Origin: Catajapyx aquilonaris
Lineage: Eukaryota
Reading direction: 5' to 3'
Assembly: GCA_000934665.2 (NCBI GenBank)
Contig: JYFJ02002762.1
Location: 1-51,436 of the forward strand
Length of the DNA stretch: 51,436 nucleotides
The notes beneath the pieces are model-generated. The model made no database searches. It saw only the letters and a program-made list of their open reading frames with translations, and was not told where the DNA came from. A program made the translations under genes and the position numbers. This document shows, one piece after another, positions 1 through 13,700 of the stretch; positions within the stretch are counted from its first letter, which is position 1; each line of letters starts with the position of its first letter.

Positions 1-409
1 CAGGTCCGGTTGTCAGTGGCATATCCGGACTTGCATCCAAAAGAATAGCATTTCGCCGGCATTCTTGGCGCCCAATCTTCACTACCTGCCAGCCACCAGA
101 CGATTCCAAACTCCACCGACAATAATTCATTTGCGCATGCCCCTGAGAACCCCTGGGGTTAGAAAAAGTGGGAAAAGCCACCCAGAGCCTAACAGAATAT
201 CGGGCCACCTATTTTCTGCAACAGAAATGCTTCTAAATGTCCCAGGAGTTAAAAGTATTTCTTTCGGAACATCATTTTCCTATACTACTCCATGAAAGCG
301 CGGGGAATATCGGCCCGATCGCACCAGTGGCGCCGCCAGTGGCTGGACCCACTTCAGCATTCTACCGTATCGATGAAGTCTGGCCACCATACCCTGTTTA
401 TACATCTTG
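1..409 (-). mobile_element. Probable 5' end of a THAP-domain-encoding DNA transposon (P-element-like), truncated by the window edge
   Basis: A minus-strand ATG at 62 gives MPAKCYSFGCKSGYATDNRT..., matching the THAP N-terminal M-x3-C-x4-C signature. A GC-rich CCACTGGCGGCGCCACTGG motif lies near 324-342, and a candidate terminus CAAGATGTATAAACAGGGTATGG starts at 409. Only 20 codons are visible. Confidence 0.45.
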
Positions 410-1711
410 AAAGTAGTCAACGAAGTATAAAGATTGTTTCAGAACATTGTCAGTGAAAATCTTCATACGGTAGTTGCCTTTTCATTAGCAAATGTCAGCT
501 CTATAATAAGCTGACGGAACTGAAGCCAAGTGTATCCTTCAGGTTCGAAGAGTTCTGCGTCCATTTTACGGGGATGATTTACAGAAAATGGCAAGCCTGG
601 ATAAAATATTAAGTGATATCGAGCTTCCGCTTCCATCTGCTACCCAGCAATAATTTATACCAATATGAATGCATTTGACATATTTTATGCTGGTATAGCT
701 GATGGATATATTTAATCTGCTTTTACTGAAGAGCCCAGGCGATGCAAGCTATAGCTGCAGCAGAGCGAGACTATTTTGATTGGCTTTCCAGCATCCCTTG
801 TTGCAATCAAGTGAGTGGTTGTAACGTGCTATCCAGTTGATGTGCAGGTACTCCGTACGAGCACCCGTTTAAAGTATAATACCCTCCCGAAAGAGAGGGT
901 TGTGCACCATGCGTGAAATTATTCAGCGACGTACAACACCTTGCAGTCCTATATATACAGGGTGCTTTATAGTTATACAAGCAAGCATCTGGATGGAACT
1001 CCTGCATAGGATGATTTTATGTAGATGTGTCATTTGGTATCTCCAGCCTCGCCATTTATTATCCATTAATGATATGTTGTGGATACAGACAGAGACACTT
1101 GGGTGTCACTTAAGGAGACAGTAGTTTAAAGTCAATTATCAAGGCAAGTAAAACTGTACCAGTAAGAAAGACACCGTTGTGTAGGTGAATGACCTGCAAG
1201 TTGAGTGCATGTGATATGAAATACAGCTTGGGAGGGACACGACATGTGGAGGCTAATAGATCTATCTCAACACAGGAAAAGGGACACGTATACATGCACT
1301 CGTAAAGATAAATGAAATGATGAGTTGGACGGTGGGGATCTGAGGGCCCTGGAGACGAAAACTGTAAACATGACTATTAACGAGCGCAGGTTGGGGAGTA
1401 AATAAAAGCGAATGAGTTTGAGGTCACGTCTTGTTCAGACACCCGCGAAATTGTCTGACCGCCTGCGCAAGAGTCCTGATTAGGAACACCTCGCAGTCAG
1501 CTGCCATCTATTTGCAAGAGTGTACACACCCGGTATAGAACAGAACTCTACTAATTATCCAGCAGAACTTCCTCCAATCAGTCATCATTTGAAACTGTCT
1601 CAGAATGTGCAAAGGCGATTAATATTATTATATTTCAAGCTGCAAAATTTTTCAAATTATATTTATTTTCGTGAGTGAAGTTTCTTTTGCTTATTTCTGT
1701 TGAAAATACAG

Positions 1712-1758
1712 TACCGTATTTGCTCCAGTATAAGTCTCCCCATAATATAAGTCGCACC
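1712..1758 (+). mobile_element. Solitary Tc2/pogo-type DNA transposon terminus (fragment)
   Basis: TA|CCGTATTTGCTCCAGTATAAGTCTCCCCATAATATAAGTCGCACC: a TA target, a CCGTA end and a duplicated TATAAGTC-x-C-x-CC motif, resembling Tc2/pogo-type TIRs. No partner end was found. Confidence 0.4.
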
Positions 1759-4700
1759 GTTTGTTTTAAGTAGTCTGTTATCTACTGTATGGAAAAAGGT
1801 TTACTGTAAACCTAAATTTTTGGGGTAAACCTGAAAGTTAGTGACATATTAATTGTTCATTGTCAAGTACAGTATGTCAAATTATGTAAGAGCATCAGGG
1901 GTGTGAGAGCACAGCGTAATTGGTCAGATGCTCTGCTGTGGCATGTACAGGTGTAAGTGGTATAATTCAACGGAGCTTTAGATCCGACGGGTGAGATAAC
2001 TCAAGCTGTGGCGCTAGAGAGGCGCCAATCAAGTTCCAGTGAGCACCAGTAGCCCGGATCCCATTATCACCCCACGTGGCTCCTTTCATTACCTGCCCCC
2101 CTCCCCACTCCTAGACTCATTTTCTGCCCAACAAACTCCTAACACTGCCCATTTACTCTTCCCGAGCACTATCCTTTTTTTATTTCCAACCCTATGTGGA
2201 ATCGTGGGAACAGCAGAACATGCTCCTAATTGACTTAATCAGCCAATAAGGGACTCTCATTACAGGCCTAAATTTTAGATGAGAAGTTGAGCCAGTTGCA
2301 TAAATTACTCACTTACGTTCAGTTCATTTGATTGCCATTGTAACAGAAGCAGTGCAGATAATATGCTTTGTTGCTAATAAGTTATTTCTCTTGGACCTAT
2401 TTATGCATGTTGGTAAACTTCAATCAACACAGCATTACCATGTGATAGAGGGTATATAGTCAGTGATGGTAATTCAAATACAAAGGCAAGTACAACATTG
2501 CAATCATAAACGATTCCGTAACTTCTGAACAACCAAAATGTATTTTGTCTCATATCCACCAATGGTCCATGTCGAGCATGACGTTATCGCAACCACACCT
2601 GGAGCGTGGCCTATAGTATAAAACGCACTTTAAAACTATGACTTTGTTCCAAGCGTATTCTATGAAGCTGACTATAATAGGGCTTGAATCAATAAGGATC
2701 TCACACCTCATTTTCGGAGCGACTTCTAGGTTTAAGTAATGAGCAGAGGATTTAAGGAAATAATGTAACTTATTTATTCAGAGGATGTGACTTCATGCTT
2801 TCCCGTTCAGAGGGATTCCTCAGAGGCCCAAAAATCTAGTTTCCGTTGATTGTTTTTTCCCTTCGTAACGTCGAATATTCAATTTCTGCAGCGGGAAAAT
2901 GAATTGCTTTTGAAAATATATTTCTTGTTCGTCTGCCTGCTTCATTTGAGAATGTTGATTTAACTCCTAAATTGCTTTTCGAAGGAGTGATTTCAGATTT
3001 TCATGAAAGCCAATCCTATAGAGAAATCAAGATCTAATGTTTTCTGTAACTAATTACATTTACATGATTGTGCATTTTAAAATAATGTGATGCGTTAGAG
3101 GTTAGACCTTCAAAACGTAGGTTGTAGCTATATACTTCATGAAACTGTAAGGGAAGAAATAAGTACTCCAACATCAAGAATTGATTTCTGGTCGTATAAG
3201 CCTTTTTTCCAGACATTATTCACATTAAAATGCATACTGTGTAAAGATCAGAAATGCAGGACGATCATATGATACTGTAAATTTTATATGAAAAGTACTG
3301 AGCTATACATATCGCAAAAACATATATTAAATATACGGTAGTATTTTCCTCAGCATATACCGGCACATACTGTATGTGCTGCTGCTATTCCCATCACATA
3401 GCATTCAGTTTCGTCAACCAGAATTCCTAATGCAATTAACTGACACGCCAGTATTTCTCTTTCTGAACTTTCATTAACTTAAAGGTGTGTAATGAAACAC
3501 TGAAATGTTTTTTTTAAATACTTGTAATTGATTGTACTAAAGATATGCGGATGTTAAAGACAGATGTTCCGTTGTAAACCAGTTTTATAGCATGCTAAAT
3601 TGCCTAAACTTTAGATGGAAGGTTTTAGCTATGAAGTAATACCGTAATTTAGTTGACAAACCAGCTTTAGTTGTAATGACCAATTGTCTCGACTCATAAT
3701 TAGTAAAGTACTATACACAGGTTGGGCTTTTGTAACACATGTCATTTCACAAAGAAAAATATTAGCATAAGCATAAACCCCAGGTAGACGCGAAAATAAA
3801 CTACAGTATAAAGTGGTTTTAGTCTATAGTGTCTGTAGTATATTTCAGCTTTCACATGGAATTAGTTCTCAACTGGGAGCAAAAGAGAAATTGGTTCCTG
3901 CCAGTTTTATCTCCCAGCCCGTGCATTCTATTTGTATTTTTCAAACTACAGGGACATCCCTTTAAAAGCAATAGGAGCATTCGACTCTACAGTGATACGC
4001 TCTACATACGTACGTGACATTTGTGTTTCTAATAATTGAAATCCATGTTTGTTTTTTCAGTTTACGTGTTTGTGAATCAACAATCACGTTAATAACATCC
4101 TTAGAAAAATGCATGGATGCATTTGTTACACACAAATATTTTCATACACTTGTCACCTCCCAGAAGGTTTTAAGTTCAAAACAGATTACTTAGCATTTAT
4201 GAGTCTCTTCCATAATACTCTGCAGGATTATTTCTCCGACTGCTTACAATTCCCTCTCATATAACTATAAGCCACCGCCGGTAATCAGTCCCAGCATAGC
4301 GAACCATTTCAATCCAGAAAAAAAAGAAATGAGGCTTCAGTTACGTTTTAAAATAATGAAGGCATGAGCCTGGATGGACTTTTCTCATCCTGTTTAATCC
4401 CGGAAGAGTGTGGAGTAGCATTGAGTGAAGTGCTCTTAATCACCCGAGCCCGGAAACTTCCGTGTTTCTTAGGATTATACTTCCCATTGACGCCGCTCCT
4501 TTTAAGCTTTCCCTCTGGCCCAAAGTTTTGCCTACTGGGGGCCATGCAGACATATGCCTTCATTATCCTTCTCCCTACATACCTCCATAGTACATTACCA
4601 ACTTACAGTTAGTGTAACTAACTCTATATTGACGCACGCCTGCAGTGTAGTGGGTCAGATGGTATTATGTTGACTCCCTTTCAGTGGGGTATTAATAATA

Positions 4701-5481
4701 ATTAGAACTAGGAGGCTGCAGGCTGAATCGACACAACAGACCAAGTGTGCTATTGCTTGGGTGATAATGATGTTGCCTTGTCAAAAAATGGGATAGCAGA
4801 AAACGATGCGGATCTAACCGCTCCATCATCTACGTAATTTATGCTAATTCCGGGAAACTGATGACAATACGATTAATTTGGTAAAATGCTTCTTAATCAG
4901 GGCTGTAATGTGACGTTGAATGCCTTGCAACATGGCGCTAATTTAGCCTACTCAGCTGTAATTGGCAGAAATGATTGGCGTTGGATTGTTGCCGGTCACG
5001 ATTTGACTGCAGTGTATACGCACTGTTGCATAAAAAGAAATACCGGCTGTAAATCTGATATGGAAACGTATACTTGCACTTTTGACGAATAAAACCCGGC
5101 CTAGCGTGGGGTTTTGGAAGGCGTGAGGTACACTGACAAAAGAAGCCTGTCGACGCCATTGTGGTGCTGGAAAGCACCTCGTTTTATTCTCATTCACGTC
5201 AAGGTATCCGGGCTTTTTGTGCACAATCATGGCGTGTGTAACGGATCTTCCTCCATGGATTTTTCAATTCGTTTCAAATCAATCCGGATCGTCTAGTCTA
5301 CCATCAAATGCAGGGTGGGGCGTTACAAAGACACGAAGTTGTATTTCGCTGTATAAGTGAACATCCGCATTAACGTGTCTGTATAGGCTTCGTTTGTATG
5401 GAATTCTGAATACTACATGGTGTAGTATGCGCACTGCAGTGGTTATTTTAAAGTTATTTCAAAAATTATTATTAAACAAAT

Positions 5482-5731
5482 GAAGGGGTTAGTGCCATAA
5501 CGTGCTAAGCCACACTTTTGTGTTTTTTGAGCTTGCACGTGTCTGAAAGTCCCACCATCGTGCTTCACAAAGTGGGCATCACGTAGTTAGAAAAATTCCC
5601 CATAGATCACGAGAAAATCACGAATAATGTTTCTTGTTTTGTATGATTTGCCATGTTAAGCCAAACTTTTGAAAGCCCATATCTCAGAATGAAGGTTTTG
5701 TGGCTTAGCACGTTATGGCACTAACCCATTC
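5482..5731. mobile_element. 250-bp non-autonomous DNA transposon (MITE), Sola-like
   Basis: 33-bp terminal inverted repeats with 1 mismatch: GAAGGGGTTAGTGCCATAACGTGCTAAGCCACA at 5482-5514 and its inverse at 5699-5731. A 4-bp direct repeat AAAT flanks it at 5478-5481 and 5732-5735. A 4-bp AWWT TSD is typical of Sola1; the superfamily call is inferred. Confidence 0.85.
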
Positions 5732-8700
5732 AAATATGTAATGATGTTCTTTTTCCAGCAAATGCCATCCTTGTGTCACACTTTTGCAGGTAATTGCATC
5801 AGGTTAATTTTAGATACGTTATAGCCCGCCATCATAGCGGGGGAAAAGAATTTGCGGGAAGCAGACAATATCGGATTTTAAAACGCATGCCTTTTTTGAT
5901 TGTTCAATGACGTGGAAAACGAGCATTACTGACAGCTCTGTAGTGCTGTACATCTCTTTGTCATCGAATCTGGTTTGGAATACTAATTAGAGACGCAGCA
6001 GCAGAAAAGTACTAAAGGCAGCTTCACACGCCGCTTATCCTCCAGAATAGATTAATTAGCATCATATTGGTCATTGAAACGAGATCGCAGATGTGGATTA
6101 ATTATAATAATACTGATATTCGTTACTCTCCTGCTGCTTCTGCCCTGTGAAATTCTACACCGGGCTTTTCACATGTACATCAACTGCACGTCATACCGAG
6201 GCAAACCGGAACAATCCAAAATTTTATGAAATGGGGGGATAAAAGGGAAGAAATGAGTGCATAGAAGAGTGAAAAAATGATGTCAGGTCTGCAAGTGCTG
6301 AGGATATGATATAGCGTGGGGCGTATGGAATCGATTCTGATTCTGGTGAATTGGGTAGAAGGTGATAAGGAGTGTAATCCGGGGGCCGAGGCTTCTCATT
6401 TCCAACTTGCCAAGTAGCTATTGAGCGGGGAAAGGTTCAGCTTGCAACAGCAAAAGGAGGTCCATTTTGATGGAGACCCAACCCGTTTTCATATGGGTGG
6501 CAATCACCAACCTTGACACTGAACTCGCCTCAACGTATTGATTTTGAGAGACGTATTACTAGAGCAGGATGTTAGCTATAACATGAGTGATGATTACCTT
6601 CGTATATGAAATGCTCCAGCATGAGTGTGTAATGAATCTGAGCTCAGCACGAAATTCTGAATATGGGGCACGAACCATATTTACACCTTTTATGATCGAT
6701 TCGTGGCTAGGTTTTAGCCAGAGGCAGAGCTGGAGCTGCGTCCCGATGCCTGATATGGCAAAAACATTGGAATGTTATCCAAATGCAATATTGCTCTGCA
6801 GTACAAGAATATTATTTTGCTTTTGATGTTTTTTGTGTGGATTACAGACTATACGGATTTTACATCTTGGCCAAACATTGCCACTGAAAGAGAAGTATAA
6901 GCCAATGATCCATGTTGCACCTATACATTGAATATCAAAATGTGAACACACGGCTGTTTGTACGGCTTGGAGACAACATTTTTTATGATGAGAAAATGCT
7001 TTGGAGCAGGAGGCAATTTTGCACATGCACGTAACAACACATTTCCGTTGATAGGCTCGTCTCAAGCGTAAGGCCATTTTTCATCTCAACCCACTGAAAT
7101 TAATTCCGGGCCCCACATTTCCTGCACCGTCGTATCAAACCTCGGTGCTTCTGAATCAGCCAACAAGGTATAGGCCTAAAGTAAATAATAAGCACTGCTA
7201 GCATTCCCTGTAAGCTAAACTCTTCCGTAGGACATGTACCGCACAAGCTTCTCTGCTTTGTCTCTTTCATGTTGCTTATGTCAACTCTGTTTGAAATGCT
7301 AATGCAAAGCAACCCACTTTGAGTGATGGTATTGTTCACTAACTATAGCGCCGAAAGGCAGATGAGCTTCTGTGCAATGCCTGACATTTTGGCAAAGCTG
7401 CCAAAACGGGAGGCAGCTCGCCCGATTAAAGATCAGGAAGAACTTGATTACTCGCAATCAAGGAAGGACACGTAATGAAGGGGGAATAATTGGGAGATTT
7501 TAATGGCCGGGATTTTATTGCTTTGGTACTCCTTTTGATGCATTTTCACAACCTAAATTACTTCAACGATCAATACAATTTGTGTATAACTGTAATGTAT
7601 GAATTCAAATAAGTTTTTATTGCGTTTCTGGTTAGAGTTTTTTTATGAAAGGTACTGTACGAGCTCGTACTATAGCTTTCAAATAGTTTGATTAAGTTAA
7701 TCATCTTATCGTCTTATTCAAAGCCATAAACCTATCGTTATACTCATGATTAAGTTACATTTGATTTCATTGAACAATAACTCAGAAAGTCGATGCAAGG
7801 CATCTATGGTAATAATTAATCGCATATCGGACAATGTCTTGTAATTAATATGCTCATTAATGGTATGAAAGTGGTCGTAATGAAAATCGATGCAAACAGT
7901 CTTTAATATTCTGAAACCTATTGAAATAGTAGTACAATGTTAGAAAGTGATAACAATGGGCTATTGAACCATCCAAATAATGCCGATGATCTACAGCGGT
8001 CGTAGCATCCCATATATTAGATAAAATACACCATACCCGTATTCTTGGATATACATCTACAGTAATCTGTAATAATTTTAGAAATTACAATCACATTGCA
8101 TATGATGACTATAATACTGTATATCACCCATCTAGTATAACTGTAAAGGTACTCCAGGCAGAAGATTTGCGAGACTGTCGGAGGCATAGTAGAAACGACT
8201 GCAATTTTATTTTCTTGCATGCTGTTGTGAACTTTCCAATAGGCACAAACAGTGCAAGTTGCAAGAAAAGGTAGCCAAAGAGGCTATAAGCTACTTATGA
8301 CCTGAAATGCAGGAGAATTGAATAAAATTCCAAATCGAAGGAGATGGCGCATTGCGATGTTCTGATGGTGCAGGTGGCCGCTTCAGATAGTCCTAATCCA
8401 TATGATAATATGATGGAGTGATCATAAACTCAGATTAATGGCGACACTCCTTCCGAATTTATTCCGCATCGGTATATCCAGCGATCTTCCTCGACACACT
8501 GACCCAGAAATGCAGTAATGTTGAAAGAGTGGCGAATATGATACGTTCAAACTTGCTCAACTTTTTTAACGTTCTATAATGATATATCTTATGTAGTGTA
8601 ATAATATCTAATGAAGGTGAACACATTTTTTTTTTAAACAACCTGTCCTTCCAAGAGGCTGATCTGTATACTGAATAAGCCGTGTCCTGTCCGCCTCACT

Positions 8701-10503
8701 GTCTCCTTTAGCGCTAGTACTGTCAGGCAATGCATCATTGACAAAATTGTAGTGGCACTTTTCATGCAATTCAAGATACGAAGAAAGTGCCGTACCTTGT
8801 GGGACGTAAACTGTGTGGAGTGTAAGTCTTTCTGCGCTACATCAGTGTTGACAAGCTGAAGCTCTTGTAGTTGTTATCGATGGTGGGGGAGGACAACTAA
8901 GGTATCCTATTCCGTTGCAGGTGTGAACTCTGTTGTATACAGTACAGTACATCGTCGAATATGGCCAGGCAGAGACAGGTTTCCAGTTAGCTATATCACA
9001 TGTCGCAAATGTATTGCAATCTATAGCACCTGGATGCATACTACTGTACAGTACATTATAAACCGTGATTGTTTGTTTACCGCAATATCCATGCGCCACA
9101 AAACCATCTCAGCAAGATGTTCTGCTAGTGAACACAAGTTCTGAACAGCAGACTTCCTCCTTGTATCAGATGTAGTCAGAGACTCTGGAGTACCCGAGGC
9201 GACAATGTAATCTTTGAAAATACTGCATTTACCCCCAACTTTCTCCGAGCACAATTCCTGCATCTTCTCTTTTCTCTTGCCATATTTATAGGATTTTGAA
9301 GAATATCACGTCTTACCCATCGGCGCCCCATTTTTGCACATTTATTAAATACTGTTGATGTATGGTAATGTTACCATACATTTGTGCGCACAAAAATAAT
9401 ATTATTCACCTGCAAAAAGGATTCAGCTCTGTTATTGAATACTGTAGCATCTACTACTGTATTTCTGCAGCGGATGCCCTCCCAGCAGGGGATTTATAGC
9501 AATATTGACCATCGACGAACATACAGGACCCTAAGGATGCACTCGAAGCAAGCTAGACGGCGACTTCGGCGTAGATTGACATTGAACTTGCCCCATACGA
9601 TAAGGTATCAGGTGATTTTACGCAAATAAGCTGTTGGCTGAGGGTCGGCCTGAGGTGGGCTATTTTGCAGGAGAGCCGGCAACAAGAAGCTGATTATGGC
9701 TCGTAGATTGGCAATGTCCTCGGGGTGTTGGGAGGGAAGTGGCTGTCTCTTCGTGTCTCCCGTTCGGAGGAGAAGCAGCCCTTCCAGGAATAAGCCGTGT
9801 TATCCATAGAATTCATCGTAAAAGGGCAAGTTAGGAGATGAGGTTCAGGGGACCTATAGCACAAGAGGTTATACAAAAACTTGATCGAATTAACGATTTT
9901 CTTTAAGGGTCCTTGTTTACTTGCCAGAGCAATTTTTATCCCTTCTTTTCGCATTCAAGATGTATTGGAGGTAAGCTTCTTTAGGTTAAGAATGCCACTT
10001 TTTCCCGTAGTTGCGAAAGAAACGTGTAGGCCTGATGATAGTGTTATTGGACACTTATTTGTTGCGTTTGTTACAGCTGGATGTGAATAAAAAACGCTTA
10101 TTATTAGGTCACTCCATCTCAACTGACGACCTTCTCGAATTTTGTTGAAAAATTGAAGGGGATGCACTGTACATCCATGACCTAAAGTGAAAAAGCCAAT
10201 TATAGCCATATTATGTAATACAGTTGGAGGAGAGGCCATGCTGAATATATTGGACTTTGGAGGCAAACCAGATTTGTTCGCGAATTTATTTATTGACCAG
10301 AAATGATCTAAACTTAGCAATCCTGCAGGGAAGAGCGCTGCAAACTGAATCATTATTTTTTATTTCAGGTTTGTCTGAAAAAAAAATCAATTGTTCGCTC
10401 AGATTGTCACCATTCTTGACTCGCAAGACTCTGCCATTTTTACATCAGTAACAAAATTTTACGATTATTCACTATTTACTTAGAGCACTTTTAAATCTGC
10501 AAG

Positions 10504-10651
10504 TGACTCAACCTGCCCCGCGGGTGGGGGCAGGTTAAATCATGGTGTGGGAGGACATTGACTCATGGCACGAAGCAAGGTGAATTATTGTGTGAGGCAA
10601 AGTTAATCATTTTGTGGCATGAGATGAAACACTCAGGAGGAGAGTGAATCT
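10504..10651. repeat. Degenerate ~22-bp-period array of a GGGGCARGTTRANTCA-like motif, with one inverted copy
   Basis: Inverted copy TGACTCAACCTGCCCC at 10504-10519. Direct copies at 10527, 10550, 10572 and 10594, with weaker ones at 10616 and 10636. Confidence 0.55.
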
Positions 10652-10659
10652 ATATTATA

Positions 10660-10712
10660 AATTCAACGAAAAAACTACCAATGAGCCTCATTGGTAGTTT
10701 TTTCCTTGAATT
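10660..10712. repeat. Near-perfect 53-bp palindrome (26-bp arms, 1 mismatch, 1-nt spacer)
   Basis: AATTCAACGAAAAAACTACCAATGAG-C-CTCATTGGTAGTTTTTTCCTTGAATT. Confidence 0.9.
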
Positions 10713-13700
10713 GACAAAATAATGCTCAGTCTTCCACATTTGTCCATCTGGGTAAGTGTCATATACCTTCCACTAGTGTCATATTCAAATTATTACTCAT
10801 GATATGGCGCAGTAATATAATTTCTAAACATCGCTTTTTTGCCAAATTGATGGCATTATAGTCTAATTTATGTCACATGGTAGTGGAAAAATTAAGACAT
10901 TTCCTATACTGTATATCAATCAATGTGCAAAACTAATCACTTCAGAAGTATATATTATTGTTGAAGAAGCTGTATAGGAAGCAACAGGAAGTCTAAAAAG
11001 TAACAACAAGACAAGGCTATATGTTTTGGTTCAAATAACTTGTGCAACAACTGACGATTGCTGGTTTATTACACACACTACAAAAACCTGATCTGGCTAC
11101 AAGATTAAATTTTTCGTGTGGATTTGATCCAATCTGCATTATAATCCTCCTGGGATTGGAATATTCGAAAAGAGCTACCGACAAATCAGCAACGTCATGC
11201 TCACAAAATTAACATCACATACGCGGTCGCACTTACGGCATTTAATGAAAAAGAGGATCCGATTGGATATCGGGCAGAGAATTGAAATTCTGCATTTGCA
11301 TTCATGCACGTAGCTTTTTGCGTTCTACAACCTACTGGTGCAGAACATACCACAGTTTCCCTATGCTGGATATTATTGCTTGTTTTTAAAGAGCGCTTGT
11401 CGCAATTTAAAAAATGCTTCACTGTAGCATCGGAATTTTAGCAGAGTTGGTGAAAGGATATCAGAAAACTGTTGAATTCGATGCCACAAAAACATTCATG
11501 TCGTGAAAAAATATCGCTTGTAGCGTGCAGTTGCGATATATTACTTTTCGTGATTGTCTGTAGGGTCACTTGATAACCATATATTTTGACCCTTCCGATG
11601 ATGCACGTTTTAGCCATCATATTATGTATATCAAGTAGAGATGGTGTCAGTCGCGACGAGGTGCTCTATTTACCAACCTACCAGTGTCATTCCCTGTTTC
11701 AAAATATCTGAAAGGGAGCAAAAGTGTAGTGTTTCTGAATAGCAGAGAAATTGTCACATTTTGGTAGGGTTCTCGCTATGTGAGAATAAGATTTAAAGCA
11801 CAGATAATGTATGACACATTTTGAACTAAACGGCTGACATGAAATTCAGTATTTAGTATGCGAAATTTGTCACTGCTTCACTTTTATGACGGAAATTCTC
11901 AGGTGGCCCAGAGTATCAATTTGAGCCGCTTATTAAGCAGCCAGGGTTCTTGAGATGGTTATAAACTGACATTATTGCGTTCGGGTGAAGGCAAGCCTCA
12001 TTGGTACTCAGGTCTCATGATTCCTTCCCTCCGTAGCGAAGACAAATGTCCCTGGAGGCTGGTAACCCTTCAAGAATAAAAGATGACTGTAATGTTGAAG
12101 CCTGTCCGGAGGGTTAATATCCCCCAGAAGAATTGCCTATCTCTCCACACTTGCTTTTTCTTTCTTGCTGGCCAGTAAGAAATATACCTTCCTTCTTCTT
12201 CCCTGGACCCTTTTCTTCGCGCTCAAGGGCCATGGTTATTATACTGCAGTCGCCCTCTCAAAGGAGGCAAAGGTCCATCCCTACTTGCAATCTCTCTTCA
12301 AGGGTACGAGTGACGACAGCCACCGTGGGGCTCAGCTATATATACGTATGATGGGCTTCTGACGAATGATATTGCACGTCAAAATATGAAGCCGTACTCT
12401 ACTTAACCAAGTTATATGGAAAATGGTGAAAAAATGACTTTATTTGATCAAGTTTAGAGCGCACTGTCATAATTATTACTAAATGCAATAACAATAATTT
12501 GAATTAATTTACACATTAATGATATTGTTTAGGTTGCTGTCGTCAAAATATTTATATTGTAGATGTCATATGTTTAATATTCATTAGGTGTAGTTTGCAA
12601 TAGGCTAGTGTACATCATTCGCACTTGTTTAGACCGTGCAATATTCATAATCATATTATATCTGGGGGTGAATATAGAGTGGGATAGGGAAATTAAATAT
12701 TTACGTTAATTAAATTCGATTAAATTCATTTGATAAACCCATGAACAATTAATGTTAATAAGAGGAGCAAGGGGAGATTAATTTCACTGTCAGTGCAGGA
12801 CTCTGGACGTGTTCCGGGGTGTGAACTATATCTTTTCTCAGCGATATTACAGATGAATTGAAAGTGAGTCCACGATTCAAAGGCCATTGATTTGAAATCG
12901 GGGATACAATTAGTACCACAGGACATTTGGATTTTACGGCGTGCTGAGATATTCTGCCTGTGTTCCCTCTACATTTTACACTGTGAAATAATGTTACTTT
13001 AAGAACGGTTTGCAATGAAGCACTTTAAAATTTATATTATTTTTGATGGCAGTTTCCCTTATTGTTGTTGATTCGCCAACTGTAACAAATATTTCAGTGG
13101 ATGGCTGGTCAATTTAAATACAGTGGTTCAATGACTGACACACTTTAAACCCTTGTATTTTATGGGGGTGTCGTAAGATGGGTATCTCCTTTTACGGCGT
13201 AATTTTCAATGGAGATTGTAGTTAATAATAGACTATCTGTTGAAAAGAGAAGTTCAGACTATTCTGTTGGTGAGAATGTTTTAAATATAACTTATACCTT
13301 TCAAGTTAGTATAAAGATTCAAATATTTTTGAACTGGATTTTGACATTGGCGCTAACCATTTTAAAATATGACTAGACTAATAATATTTTTCGTTATATT
13401 TGTTGATAATAGTCGACTTCTATGCACAGAATGTTACAAAATATGCCATGTATTCACTGACGTCTGCGAGAAAAAATAGTGCATTTCATAATTTTCAAAG
13501 GCCTATATTCATACGGTAGACAGCCAACATAATTATAATGTGCGTTTAAAAAGTAAAATTAAATGATGTGCCTGCAATAGTCACTCTGGGCCCTCTGAGC
13601 ACGCAGTAAATTAATAAAGGTTTTTGCACTGTCTGGGGTTTGTCGTAATATCATACAATAAAAATGGCACATTTTCAATTTAAAAACCAATATATTCATT

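Noticed and set aside
716..765. Hammerhead-ribozyme-like CTGAAGA-GCC-CA-GGC-GATG with a palindromic AGCTATAGCT
   Set aside because: The essential GAAA is replaced by GATG and there is no NUH cleavage triplet in register; at best a dead relic.
980..1125. Possible Tc1-like transposase remnant (HLDGTPA*; WYLQPRHLLSINDMLW vs WPxxSPDLNPIENLW)
   Set aside because: The similarity is too weak to call without a profile search.
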